Shown in pieces: positions 1-12,794 of a stretch of 64,000 bases of DNA. The DNA is taken from NCBI GenBank assembly GCA_951406725.2, contig OX597827.1, positions 32,612,001 to 32,676,000 on the forward strand. The letters run 5' to 3'. The position numbers and the translations under genes were made by a program. The stretch's first letter is position 1, and each line of letters starts with the position of its first letter. The notes below the pieces were generated by a model that saw nothing but the letters and a program-made list of their open reading frames with translations, made no database searches and had not been told where the DNA came from. The stretch is from Octopus vulgaris (taxonomy: Eukaryota).

Positions 1-165
1 AGACACAAGATCTGAAATTCTCATGGGTAGGGGTCTAGTTGATTGCATCGACCCCAGTACTCGAGTGGTATTTATTTTATCAAGTCTGTAAGGATAAATG
101 GCAAAGTCGACCTCGGTGAAATTTGAACTCAGAGAATAAAACCGGAAGAAATGCTGCTATCATTA
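1..165 (-). mobile_element. tRNA-derived SINE family B, partial copy
   Basis: Reverse complement of the 62605-62816 family (ctgagttcaaatttcaccgaggtcgactttgcc...tactggggtcgat). Confidence 0.75.
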
Positions 166-2102
166 CATCAAATGTAATCTCAAAGTTTATATAAAGACCA
201 CACCCTCTCTTCATAAAAAAAACGACTAGAGACAAAAAAAATGAAAGAAAGAAAAAACTGAAGAGAAAACTTGACTGGAAGTAAACGGAGTTTGTTTAGT
301 GATTGGTATCAGAGAAACCCTTACCATGTTAGAGCGCCAGATTCTGACTGATCTTCAGATAAACTATGTTGCAAGTAATGGGGTCAGTGGTAATGAAAAG
401 CTTTACTACGATGAAGAGGGAAGCGTGTATCAACATCGTGTTCAGTGTCAAGTTACAGACCGGCTGAAAGACATTCTGAGCACAGACAATCCCTTTCGGG
501 AAACCGATACAGACTTGGGCAACACGAGACCAAAGCTTCTCAAACATTTTTAACTCTTCCTCCTGTGTTCTTTTACTAACACTTTTTCAACACTTTGTAG
601 CAACAATTTTTTACCGTGGCAGCAGCATTGGTGAGGTCACCATGCAGCTAAGATCCCCTTTCACTGAATGGGATTACAGCAAAGAGATTGGCCGCTTGTA
701 TGCTAGATGATAAAGAAGTTATTGTTGAATGCCATTCTGAACCTGAGAAATGCTTTGAAAGAAATTAATAGAGATGACCTGAATAATACCAGACAAGTGA
801 CTCTCAAACGTTTTCCGGGACATGTCGAACTTAGTAAAATTTAATTTCCATTTTAAATTGGTGTAGAGTATACTTTTTAGAAACACATTAAAAGTAAAGT
901 CCTTAATTATCCTTTGAACTAGAGTGGACAATGGTCAGTCCAATTAACGCTTCCTTTTTCTTCTTTCACTAACACTTTTTCAATGCTTCCTCACTACGAT
1001 TCGACAAAAAATTGCTACGGACAAGTTGAAAAACCAATAACCTTTAAACCGGCGAGTACGCTTTAGCGGGTGCGAAATATATTTGATTATATCTTTGGAA
1101 GATACAAAAAGCGGGAGACCACATAGTTTTGTGTTTATGTCTTGCTAAATGGCAGAAGCAACGTCATTTTCAGCCGTAAACATAAAACGCATTTGGCAGC
1201 TCACTTTTGCGTTTTGCTAGGGGTTGAGTGACACAAAATCGTGCCCGTCAAAGCATACCTGCAGGCTAAAAAAAGATTGAGATTCCTTGCTCTCGAGTAA
1301 TTTCATTAATATAATATGGAATGTGAAGAACATAAAAGAGCACATGAGAGGCGTCACTTGTCCGTTGAGTCAAGTAGCTTCACTTGCAACAGATGTCATT
1401 GCTGCTACAGGTCAAGACCAGGCCTTGTAGTCCACTTTGGAGCCTGCCAGAGATGATTACTGTACAAGAACAGACAGTGTCGACCGACAGCTGACTGCCG
1501 AAGGAGAATCTGGAATGTGAAAAATTCCAACCACTAAATATTATCAGATGATTCTCACATAGAATAAAATTTGATAACATTTTTGCTTTTTTAAATTAGA
1601 GTAATTAAAAGATGTATTTATCACCTCTCAACCCACATCCTGGTCCCTCAAAAATCCTTACAAAATTTTCCACCATGTTCCAGGGAACAGTACTGTTCGC
1701 ATTGAGAAGCACTGATTTGATTGATTAAAGTGTGTTGAGGGATTTGGGGTAAATGTCAGTATTTTAGAATCCAGAGTATAAGAACAATATGTGAACTCCC
1801 AGAGGCAAGTACTTTTCCAAAACAAAAATCTCAACGGAAGCGACATCATCACTTGATAATAAAAAAAATTGCAAAACACAAGCATCGTACTTGAATGGGC
1901 AGGAATTTGTTGCAGTGGACAGCAGAAGTGAAGCTGGTCACTCACAGAGTGCAGAGGCGCTGTTTTTTAAATCAGTAATTCTCAACCGGGTTTACATGTA
2001 CGATTTTGTTCTTAAAATTTATCTGCAATAAATTGGTTATACTTCTTCAATACACAGAATATTTTAATCTGTTTATACATTTCCTAATAATATTAAATGT
2101 AG

Positions 2103-2345
2103 AGACGCGTGGCTTAGTTGTTAGGGTGTCAGCACCATGATCGTAAGATTGTGGTTTCGATTCCCGGACCGGGCGACGCGTTGTATTCTTGAGCAAAACA
2201 CTTCAATTCACGAGGCTCCAGTCCACTCACCCGGCGAAAATGAGTAATCCTGCGACGGATCAGCGTTTCGTCCAGGTGGGGTATGCATACGCCACTGAAA
2301 CCGGGAAACCGGGCCCATGAGCCTGGCTAGGCTTTAAAAGGGAGC
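2103..2345 (+). mobile_element. tRNA-derived SINE family C (tail type 1, V-domain-like)
   Basis: A box TGGCTTAGTTGTTAG, B box GTTTCGATTCC, core ttgtattcttgagcaaaacactt, then cctgcgacggatcagcgtttcgtccagg...gaaaccgg. Confidence 0.75.
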
Positions 2346-2827
2346 ATTTGTTTATTTATTATTTAATAATATTAAATTACAAAAGTATAATAGGATTTTT
2401 TAAACATCGAATGGCTATAGAGTACCAATCAAGACAACTCTTGGGTTTTATGGTTACCTGAACTGGTTGGTGTCTGCATAAATGGGTGCATGTCTGTTGT
2501 ATTGTGTATATATGTGCGTGTGGATAAACTTGCCCTCGTGTGCGTGCGGGTCCGGCTAGAACACAAATGTGTATGTTCCATTACTGTTTATGTGCGTTCG
2601 TGTATTCCATTTGTATATGTGATGGTGTGCATATGTTCACCCAACGAATCTCAAATGGGGAATTCCTGAAGTGTCTTGCAATTTTTTCATTGCTCCTCTC
2701 ATCGATTGTATTTGGAGAGAAACCAATCAGATTGCTTTGTACTTTCTTGGAGAATCCTAGCATTTTGTTTTTGGGGGGGGAGTATGCAGATCAGCTGTTA
2801 CGTAGCTCAGTACACCAATAATGTGAA

Positions 2828-3148
2828 GGCGCGTGGCTTAGTGGTTAGGGCATTTGGCTCACGATTGTAAGGTCGTGAGTTCGATTCCCGGCGACGTGTT
2901 GTGTCCTTGAGCAAGACACTTTATTTCACGTTGCTCCAGTCCACTCACCTGGCAAAAATTAGTTGTACTTGTACTTCAAAGGGCCAGCCTTGTCACATTC
3001 TGTGTCACGCTGAATCTCCCTGAGAACTACGTTAAGGGTACACGTGTCTGTGGAGTTCTCAGCCTCTTGCACGTTAATTTCACGAGCAAGCTGTTCCGTT
3101 GATCGGATCAGCTGGGACCCTCGTCGTCGTAACCGACAGAGTGCTCTC
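2828..3148 (+). mobile_element. tRNA-derived SINE family C (tail type 2)
   Basis: ggcgcgtggcttagtggttaggg A box, gagttcgattcc B box; full-length homolog at 28923-29240. Confidence 0.8.
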
Positions 3149-3204
3149 TTTTTTACACCAATGATAATGGTTCTCAGTGAATTCGTCTACAACAATTTAT
3201 CTGT

Positions 3205-3400
3205 GTGTGGTTGTATGTGTGTATGTGTGTATGTGTGGTTGTACGTGTGGTTGTACGTGTGGTTGTACGTGTGGTTGTATGCGTGTATGTGTGTAGTTGT
3301 ATGTATGTGTGTGTAGTTGTATGTGTGTGTGGTTGTATGTATGTATGTGTGCGCGTGTGTGTGTGTGTGTGCGCGCGTCTGCTTGTGTGTATGTGTGTGT
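3205..3400. repeat. Compound TG-rich microsatellite with GTGGTTGTAC 10-mer units
   Basis: Direct reading of sequence. Confidence 0.9.
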
Positions 3401-3688
3401 AATTGTCGATGAATTGTATCCGTAGATAAACTGCTGTAGATGACTTGTTGACAAATTCGTCGGATACCAATACTAACAGGAACAAATGAAAATCTTCAGC
3501 CTCGACATAAAAGTTGTTGGTTTCTCATGAGTTCTCCATAGATGTTCGCCTTTTACTCAATTTTTGAAGAGACATGCACATCTGCTAGGCAGCTAATCTC
3601 TACAACGACGCATGACTTTTTCTCTATGTCCAATATGACGAAATCTGGCGTGCTGTGTTTACATCAGGTTCTTAGTTTTATTGGAATG

Positions 3689-3849
3689 CACTAGCGTAGC
3701 TAGGGCGTGGGTGGCAGTAGGGGCGGTCCGCCCCAAACGGCACTTTTAAAGGGGCTCCACTTTTGGGTCTGCTGTAGGCAATATGTGCTTCTTGTGGGGT
3801 CCGGGAGCAGCAAACGGAAGGGCCATCCTTGGCGTCACACAACCTAGCT
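3689..3849. mobile_element. hAT-type MITE, degenerate copy of the 61907-62076 family (opposite orientation)
   Basis: Starts cactagcgtagctaggg; aligns over its length to the reverse complement of 61907-62076; right TIR eroded. Confidence 0.7.
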
Positions 3850-4199
3850 GTTGGAATGTTAAACTGATATTTTTCATTTTTAAGGTTGTACATGCATTCC
3901 GGTTCTGCTATGGCTCTGTATGGTCATCAGAGCAATCCTTCCCGCGGAAAACATTGTAAACCGTCTTAGCGACATGGTCACATCGCATGGGTGTATGTAA
4001 GTATGTACGTGGGTGTATGAAAGTATGCGTGCATGTATGTATGTGTATGCATGCGTGTGATCGTGTGTGTTAGCCCATACGGCAACAGCCGGTGACAATA
4101 ATTACACGTTTCCTCTCAATCCAAGTAATCAAGACAGACGCACAAAGCCATCACCGCCTCCACTTACACCATCGCAGACATCAACACCACCAACGCACC

Positions 4200-4365
4200 A
4201 CCTACGCACCACTACCACCACCACCCACCACTATCACCGCCGCCGCCACCACCACCACCACTACCACTACGACCACTACTACTACTACTACTACTCCTGC
4301 TACCACCACCACCACCACTACTACTACTACTACAGCTACTCCTGCTGCTATTACTACTACTACAA
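4200..4365. repeat. (CAC)n/(TAC)n trinucleotide microsatellite
   Basis: Direct reading. Confidence 0.95.
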
Positions 4366-4399
4366 AGACAAGACGCTTGACATCTGGAATATCATAAAG

Positions 4400-5235
4400 T
4401 ATTGACAGCCCCTTTCTGGTCGGGTAATGCGATCGGTGGAAGTTCCCTGTTGGCATTCATTAGAAAACAAGTGCTAGGTAAATTCGACAAATCAATCGGG
4501 TGATTCTATGGACCTTCGGGTCGGGATATGAGGATGCTCACTAGAAATACATAGCCTGATAGTACGACCGAGGGTATCATCGGTTCAGAATAAACTCAAC
4601 TGACATGGAAGCGCCGTCAGCCGAGCGTGCCCGAGGTGCATTCAGGGCTACGAAACAGTTCTGCATGCACGACCTGTGTCCGAGCATTGCTAATTCTGTG
4701 GAATAACATCGAACAGCGTTATCGTCTGTAGGAGGGACCAGTCTATCAAATGAGTCCATTCTGAAGATCAACTTGCTGCCGTCCTATCACTGGTAGTAGC
4801 AGGCTATGTTTATGTATCTGGTGGCTTTGGTGTAAGAGGTTGTGTGGTGGACGAGGCTGAAAGGGCTGAAAACAGACACCTTCCTCTTTGGTCAGGCCCT
4901 CATCAAACATTCAAGTTTCACTTAAAAAGAAAAGTGAAGGTTGAGAAGGAAGTACTACCTACCAGTATATTTGTTGAAAGGTGAATGTAAACGGTCCGAG
5001 TGAACGGGTTAACTCTGAGTATGCACTCGTAGATTTGAGAGAGACAGCTGGTAGACGGCGCTTTTCCTTAGTGGCCGCAGTGGCCGTAGTCTTTTTATGG
5101 GGTTTCCACAAACCTCGGAAGACCCCACTCCACCTTAGTTGAGAATTATTCTTTGGTTTGAATGTTTTTGTTCTTTGCACTTCTCTTATTTACGACGCTT
5201 TTTTAGGCAACCCTACAGGATTGTCCTGTACAGGT
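4400..5235 (+). mobile_element. Degenerate 3' end of an L1/Tx1-clade LINE ORF2 plus 3' UTR
   Basis: Frame at ~4583 reads VQNKLN*HGSAVSRACPRCIQGYETVLHA (CxxC..ETxxH zinc-knuckle typical of L1/Tx1 ORF2), followed by EVVWWTRLKGLKTDTFL and, after a frameshift, FKFHLKRKVKVEKEVL; stops and frameshifts present. Confidence 0.65.
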
Positions 5236-5414
5236 AATATAGCTGAAGAAAGTTGGCCAATGTGTCGCGCAGTGGGACTGAACCCGAAACCATGCAATTG
5301 GAACGCGAGCTAAGCCAAGCCAATTATCAATACCACCACCATCACCACTACCATCACCACCACCACCACCGCCAACACTATCATCATCACTAACACCTCC
5401 ACTACCGGATGGTC

Positions 5415-5478
<64 letters not shown>

Positions 5479-6100
5479 AGAGAACACATCATATAAATAT
5501 CAGACACACCAAAAGTGGGGGCGAGACGAAAAGAACGGCGAAATAATGATAATAATAGTAAACCTTTGCAAAGGTCAGAGTTGTGTTGTGGGAAACTTTG
5601 ACAGCAATTAATTAAATCATTAATGAAGTAATTAAAAACGGAATACAGGTGCGTGTGATTTGTATTAGCAAAATGGGACTCCCGGTATTAAAACAATACA
5701 GTTTTTTACTCACGCATTCGTGTCAAGAAACTTCGGAAACAAATACAAATATAGTGAAAGCCGCTTATTGTGATCGCTCTGGGAGTGTTGTTTTGGGATA
5801 ACCGGCTGATAACATTAAGCAAATGATGAGTCAATGTATCTGAGTATTTCTCATGTGTGGGATTAATTTTGCTCACAATAGCTTTTGGGTAATGTTACCA
5901 GTGATCGCAATAAACGGATTCAAGTGTGTGAGGTGTGTGTGCACGCGTCCATATAGTTTAAGCTGGTCCAGTGGTATTTTACTTGAATAACAGACTACTG
6001 GAACGGCAAAAAAATATTTAACAATCTACTATTCTCAACGTTTGTATTTGATACACTCCAGATTCTTATCCATCAATGTACACACAGTTTATACATACGC

Positions 6101-6162
<62 letters not shown>

Positions 6163-6164
6163 AT

Positions 6165-6367
6165 TATGTGACGATTATTCGGTTGCTATAATAAGACTCC
6201 GAGTTTCGGATGAACTGACGAGATGCCGGAGGCTTCCACCTCGACATCCGAAACTCGGAGTCTTATTATGGCAACCGAATAATCGTCACATATTACATTA
6301 CAGATAAATTCCTCTATTTACATAATACTGAGGTCTCATTCAAAATTTTGTTGTCTTACCATTACAA

Positions 6368-6370
<3 letters not shown>
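6165..6370 (+). mobile_element. Penelope-type pseudo-LTR fragment with 48-bp fold-back, flanked by (TA)n
   Basis: Arms 6165-6212 and 6245-6292 are inverted repeats with one mismatch; contains an HHR core. Confidence 0.7.
6213..6264 (+). ncRNA. Type I hammerhead ribozyme motif
   Basis: CTGACGA (6215-6221), stem II GATG..GAGG/CCTC..CATC, GAAA, stem III ACT-CGG-AGT, cleavage triplet GTC (6260-6262); stem I only AA/TT. Confidence 0.6.
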
Positions 6371-6410
<40 letters not shown>

Positions 6411-6413
<3 letters not shown>

Positions 6414-9400
6414 AGTTAGTTAGTTAGTTAATTTGGCTCAAAAGCAAATAGCAAGGCCATGTAGGGGGACATGGAGTTAAGTACAGGGTGGTGTTCATGT
6501 AAAGAGTTCAGGCCACTTGAGGTCCAGGGAGGCTTTGAACAAAGCGGTCGTCGGCATTTTCACCATCTCGTCTGGCAGCTTGTTCCACGGATCCGCAACC
6601 CGGACGGAGAAAGCTCCTCTCCTTCGATTGAGATGAAATCGTCGCAGGTAGAGCTTTTCGGAATGACTCCGCAGCCGACGCTCTGGAGCAGGGGTGAAGA
6701 ACAGCTCTTTCGAGAGGTTACACTTTCCGCTTATGATGTTGTGGGCGAGAATGAGATCACCACGGCGGCGGCGTTTTTCAAGAGAATAAAGGTCGAGCGT
6801 CCTCAGCCTTTCTTCGTAGGACAAATTTTTGAGACCATGAACCATGCGGGTAGCCAGCTTCTGGACTCTTTCGAGATGCTGTATGTCTTTGAGGAGATAA
6901 GGAGAAGAGGCTTGAATCCCATACTCCAGTATGGGTCTCACCAGCGTGACATAGAGTGGTAGGAATATGGCTGCTGTGAGCATTCCGAATGACCGTCGAA
7001 TCAAGAACAGAATTCCGCGTGCTTTGTTGGCAGCATGGACGCACTGGGCCGAAGGCGAAAAGGAGGAATCCACCAAGATACCCAGGTCCTTTACCTGATC
7101 GGTCCTCTCCAGCAGCAGACGACCCGGCTCGAAATCAAGTTGAGTTGCAGGAGTAGAGCCGACAGACAGATGACAGCACTTTGACACGTTCAGACACAGG
7201 TCCCAATCGTTAGACCACTTCCAAATTTGGTGGAGGCATCGACGAAGATCCTCTATATTACCGCGAGGAGCGACCAGTTTGATATCGTCGGCAAATAGAA
7301 GGGTGTGTTACGTGAGGTCGTCGGGCAAGTCATTTATGAAGACTAAGAACAACAAGGGCCCAAGCACTGAACCTTGAGGCACGCCACTGCTCGCACTGGA
7401 GACGTCGGACCGCAAACCATTAACTTGGACTTGGAAGGAGCGATCTGAGAGGAAGGCACCAACCCATCGTATAATATCCGGATGGAAACTATATGCTTGA
7501 AGCTTGACAAGTAATAGGCGGTGGTTTACCGAGTCAAAAGCTTTGGCAAAGTCCAATAAAACGATGTCAACAGCATCACTATCATCGAGGATGCGCGTCA
7601 CCAATTCTTCCATTACTAGTAAGTTGGTCAAGCATGATCTCTTCGGCACGAAGCCGTGTTGGGAATCAGAGATAGAGGCTGTGTTTAGGAGGTGGAGCAT
7701 CATACTTTTCTTAAGGATGGTTTCGAACATCTTGCTGATTATTGATGTAAGGGAAACCGGTCGGTAGTTAAGCGGGTCTTCGCGGCTCCCTTTCTTGAAA
7801 ATTGGGCAGATTATCGCTGTTCTCCAGTCTGCAGGTATAACACCCGTCGCCAATGACATATTGAATAGTCGTGTTAAGGGCTCGCAGATGACCGGAGCCA
7901 ACGCTTTGATAACCCGTGGGTGTATGCCGTCAGGGCCGTGACCCTTGTTGACATCGAGGCCTTGAATAACACGTTTCACTTCGTCCCGCGTGATGACCAA
8001 TCGAAGCATTGGAGGTACCGATCTATCAAATGGAGGGGGTTCACGACCATCATCTTGTTTGAAAATAGTTGAAAAAGCCTCGGCAAATAATTGACTCTGT
8101 TGATAAGGGTCCTCAATCGATACACCTGTTGAGTCTACCAACGTTGCAATCTGGTTGTTCAAGCGGGAATTCCGCTGGACATGGGCAAAGAAGGTTTTTG
8201 GATTGCTACTGGCATTTGCCGCGATTTTGTATTCATAACTGAAGCGTTCTTTCTTTTCAATTTTCACGGCTCGGTCTCGTTGAGTTTTGTACACCTCAAA
8301 AGCTGCAGTCGAATCCAGATTTTTGAATTCAGCCCAAGCAATATCTCTGAGTCGACGTTCTCGTTTAACCTTCTTCGTCACCCAGGGCTTGTGTTTCTTC
8401 TTCTTGGGAAGCCCAACGGGAACTGCCTGGTCAGTCAAACAGATTACATATGCTTTGAGAGATGACCATAGTTCGTCAACAGAGGACAACGTCATCAGGG
8501 ATCGCCAGTCCAGAAGCGCGGAAGCCTCGGTTAGAATTTCAAGATTAATTGCAGAGAAGACTCTACGTGGCAGCGAAGTAGTCGTGGACGTAGAAAAAGT
8601 TGTGTGCATGACGAACTTCAGGACTGCATGATCACTCTTGGCAAGAGGGGCGCACACAGATACGTCTGACACTGATCTTGGATAGCGGGAGAATACCAGA
8701 TCTAGCATAGATGGCTGCTGCCCAGACCGATGCCTTGTCGGATATTCAACATGTTGCGATAGAAAACAATCTTCAGCCACGTCAAGAAGGGCCTGGCCAA
8801 AACGGGAAGATGTTGTACAAATTGATGCGGGCCAATCGATCGTGGGAGCGTTGAAGTCTCCTAGTACCAAACAGTCATGCGAAGCTGAAACGAATCTTAT
8901 CGCTTCGAGTAAATGAGCATCGTCCTGGGGGTCGGCAAGAGGCGGCCTGTAGACAGCCAACACGGGCAGGCAAAACTCAGATAGGCTCAGCTTGCAATAG
9001 ACGGCATCGAATTTTGTTGTAGGTTGAGCATTAGTGGGTAGAATACCGCTGGACGGTTTGTGCTCAGACTTAACATACACAGCAACACCTCCACCTCGCC
9101 TTTTTCCTCTGTCACATCTGAAAAGGACGTAGCCCTGCAGGTGGATTTCTGAGTCCTTTACTGCTGGAGTCAGCCAAGTCTCGGTGATAGCTATCACATC
9201 AGGGGAGTCACGTATGGCCAGTGTAAATAGTTCACTGAACTTTGGGAATAAGGAGAACGAGTTGGTGTAGACGATGCTGAGCTGTGAAGTCTGAGGGGCG
9301 GGAGTTGGGGAACAAGCAGAATAAGGGGTATCAGAGATAGCATCGTTGACGGGGGTATCAACTTCACTTCGATCTGCCCTCACATCACTTTCCCTGTCAG

Positions 9401-9465
9401 CACTACAGCATGGGACCAGAGGTAGGACTTGATTATCTGTCCATCTTGGATTCGTAAACCCTTCT
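6411..9465 (-). mobile_element. CR1-clade LINE, 5'-truncated, near intact, (TAAC)n tail
   Basis: APE motifs (ITETWL, GGGVAVYV, VYRPP, LGDFN, SDH), RT motifs (PQGSVLGPLLF, LFADD), CR1-type C-terminus (YEERLRTLDLYSLEKRRRRGDLI); short 3' UTR then (TAAC)5 at 6411-6430; TA-rich sequence on both sides. Confidence 0.93.
6495..9465 (-). pseudogene. APE endonuclease-reverse transcriptase ORF of the CR1 LINE, broken by one in-frame TAA at 7308-7310
   Basis: ORFs 7308-9479 and 6495-7187 are in the same frame; read-through gives DLT*HTLLFADDIKL. The annotated MYIY start comes from flanking TA sequence. Confidence 0.9.
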
Positions 9466-9533
9466 CTATATATATACATATACAGTAAGATTATATTATA
9501 TTATATATACTAGCATAATTTATATATATATAA

Positions 9534-10745
9534 AGACATACCGACAGATAAAGGGCACGGCTATAGGTACAAAATTCGCACCTTCATATGCCAAGCTGGT
9601 GATGGGTTTCCTTGAGAACAAACTATACGATGAAATAGGGAAAATCTTCGAAGTTGACTTCAAAGAAGACATCAAGAAAGAGTGGAAGCGCTACCTCGAT
9701 GACTGCTTCATCTTTTGGAACAGATCAGAAGAAGACCTACGAACATTCCACAACATCCTCAACACGCTGCACCCATCTATCAACTTCACAATAGATACCA
9801 GCCACAACGAACTTCCCTTCCTAGACATCAACATCAAGATACACAACTCCATCATCACAACAGACATCCACTACAAAAAACCCGACACACACACCAATAT
9901 TTAAATTTCCACTCCTGCCACCCATCCCACATAAAAAGAAATATCCCATATAGTATGGCAAGACGCATATGCAGCATAGTAACTGACTCACAAACACGCC
10001 TAATAAGACTAGATGAACTTAAAAACTTCCTACTAGAACAAAAATACCCCCTTAAACTAATAAAAAATGGAATCTCAAGAGCAATGAAACTAGACATCAC
10101 ACAACTCAGGACACCCAAAACAAAAAACAAAGAAAACATTATCCCTTTCATAAACACACACAACCCTGAAGTTACCAACATGTTCCAAATCATACATTCA
10201 AACCAACCAATAGTCCTACAAAGTCCCAAAATGGAAAACATACTAAACAAATATTGCATAAAAAATAGTAGACGACAAGACAAAAACCTAAAGAAACATC
10301 TAACAAGAGCGAAATTCTCATCAGAAACTAAAACTGAATTCTTTGTAAAAGAGTGCGGAGATGGTAATTGTAGGATCTGCAGTAACCCACCTACAAATAC
10401 ATAGAGGAAGACAAAGAAATGAAATATAAAAGTGGTCACATATTTAAAATAAATGCTGATAGGAACTACAATACGCAGAACGTAATGTACTGCATAACCT
10501 GCCCCACGTGCAGGGAGGATTACATAGGTGAAACTGGAAATTCTTTATGCCAACGAGCCAGGATTCACCGACATGTCTGACAGGAGGAACTGCGCAAGAT
10601 ACCACTGAGTAAACACCTAGATACATGTGGAGAAGGAAAATTTGAGATCTTTCCCTTCTACAAATGTCTAAAGAATGACACCTCCTTCAGGAGGAATATG
10701 GAAAAAATTTCATAACTAAGTTCTCCCACAAATTGAATGGCTGAA
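9534..10745 (+). mobile_element. Penelope-like element, 5'-truncated RT C-half + Cys linker + GIY-YIG endonuclease, frameshifted
   Basis: YRQIKGTAIGTKFAPSYA, RYLDD, LPFLD, YLNFHSCHP..K..IPYS, Cys linker CGDGNCRIC, then NVMYCITCPTCREDYIGET and HLDTC; Cys linker suggests a Neptune-type PLE. Confidence 0.9.
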
Positions 10746-10808
10746 AATATCTATAAGCTGCACCAGATGAAGGACCAAATTTGTAAAGTAAATTGAATTA
10801 AATACACG

Positions 10809-10881
<73 letters not shown>

Positions 10882-10899
10882 ACACACATGCACACACAC

Positions 10900-11960
10900 A
10901 CACAGTTCTACACATATGTTTTGGTTTTTGAAAATACAACATTGAACAAAGGCTATCCTAATATTTGAATGAAACCATTTCACTTTAATTTGTGGAACCA
11001 GTTGCTTCTGTATGATAAAATTCAATATTTATTTAAGTGTCAATCAGTGAGATATTAGACTAAATCAATTGAAGATCAGACAACAGACTCAGTGGTTGTC
11101 GGTTTGTATTCTGTCATCTGTAACTTCAACACAAGAAAGTCTCTTTTTCAAGTCATGGACCTTATGAAAATTTTGCTCATCATACATTGAAGGACAAATC
11201 TTTCAATTTATAATTTAACAAACATAGTGTAGCATTTAGTACACTGTATATTACTCTACATTCTTGTTAATCACCAAAGCAAATTGACTTTTAAAATGTG
11301 AATAAAACAAACCTGTTTTTGTAATCCAGATTTTCCATCCCATGTAAGCACAGAAATCAAGCATTGGATTGAGAGAACGGAATAGTGGTATAAATATCAA
11401 CATAATTATTTCTTCTTCCTCTTTTTCTTCTTTCTTCCCTTCTCCAACGACACCCTTTCCAGATTCACAAGCACCCACACACGCACGCACGCGCACGCAC
11501 ACACACACACACACACACACATACACAGTTCTACACATATGTTTTGGTTTTTGAAAATACAACATTGAACAAATGATACTCTAATATTTGAATGAAGCCA
11601 TTTTACTTTAATTTGTGGAACCAGTTGCTTCTGTATGATAAAACTTAATTCTCTTTTTCAAGTATGGACCTTATGAAATTTTGCTCATCATACATTGAAG
11701 GACAAATCTTTCAATTTATAATTTAACAAGCATAGTGTAGCTTTTAGTACACTGTACATTGCTTTACATTCTTGTTGATCACCAAAGCAAATTGACTTAT
11801 AAAGTGTGAATAAAACAAACCTGTTTTTGTAATCAAACATTGGATTGAAGGAACTGAGTGGTGGTATAAATATCAACACAATTGTTTCTTCTTCCTCTTT
11901 TTCTTCTTTCTTCCCTTCTCCAATGACACCCCTGCCAGACTCACAGGCACACACAACCCC
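10900..11960. repeat. Local tandem duplication (~620-bp period) bounded by (CA)n runs
   Basis: cacagttctacacatatgttttgg... at 10901 and 11524; the second copy lacks two internal segments. Confidence 0.9.
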
Positions 11961-11984
11961 CACACACACGCACACGCACACACA

Positions 11985-12069
<85 letters not shown>

Positions 12070-12356
12070 CACAAAACAATAATAAAAAGAAATCCAGACA
12101 ATTCTTTTTTGAAATGGGCAATTTCTAAAGACCAAAAACCATTTACAGTTGCAAAAAATAAAAACAAAAGTGGCACTGATTACTCTTAACAACTTGACCA
12201 GTCCTCCTTTGTATCTTTCAGATACAAAGATACAAACACACGCACCACACACGCGCGCACATAAACACACACACACACACTCTCTCTCACAAGACAATGA
12301 TAAAAAGGAAATATAATTTATGGTCTTCTTTTTGTCCCTTTTCTTCCATCACTTCT

Positions 12357-12794
12357 TTTTCTCTAACACCACTTTCAGATACAAAAACACACACACACAC
12401 ACACGCACACACACACATGCTCTCTCTCACTTTCTCCCCGTTCATCACCCACTTGTACTATCTTATATCCCTCCCGACCACTACACACTCAATAACACTA
12501 TAAAATGGTCAAACTTTCCCCCCAAGATCTTAGACCCCGCCCCTTGGAGTAAGCATCCTGACCAACGACAAAAGAAACCAGCAAAACAATTTTTCCTTCT
12601 TCCCTCTCTCCCTTTTCTTCATTCCCTTCTTTTTCTCTAACACTATTTTCAGATATAAAAGCACACACACACGCGCGCACGCACGCACACACACACACAC
12701 ACACGCACACACACACACACACACATCACCCACTTGTACTATCTTATATCCCTCCCGACCACTACACACTCAATAACACTATAAAATGGTCAAA
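12357..12794. repeat. Local tandem duplication (~280-bp period) containing (CA)n
   Basis: catcacccacttgtactatcttatatccctcccgaccactacacactcaataacactataaaatggtcaaa occurs twice. Confidence 0.9.

Noticed and set aside
2828-2900. tRNA-like sequences with A and B boxes
   Set aside because: They continue into SINE bodies and lack a proper acceptor stem; these are SINE heads, not tRNA genes.
4067-4456. Poly-Thr/His/Val ORFs resembling mucin or His-rich proteins
   Set aside because: They come from a (CAC)/(TAC) repeat with no splice or domain support.
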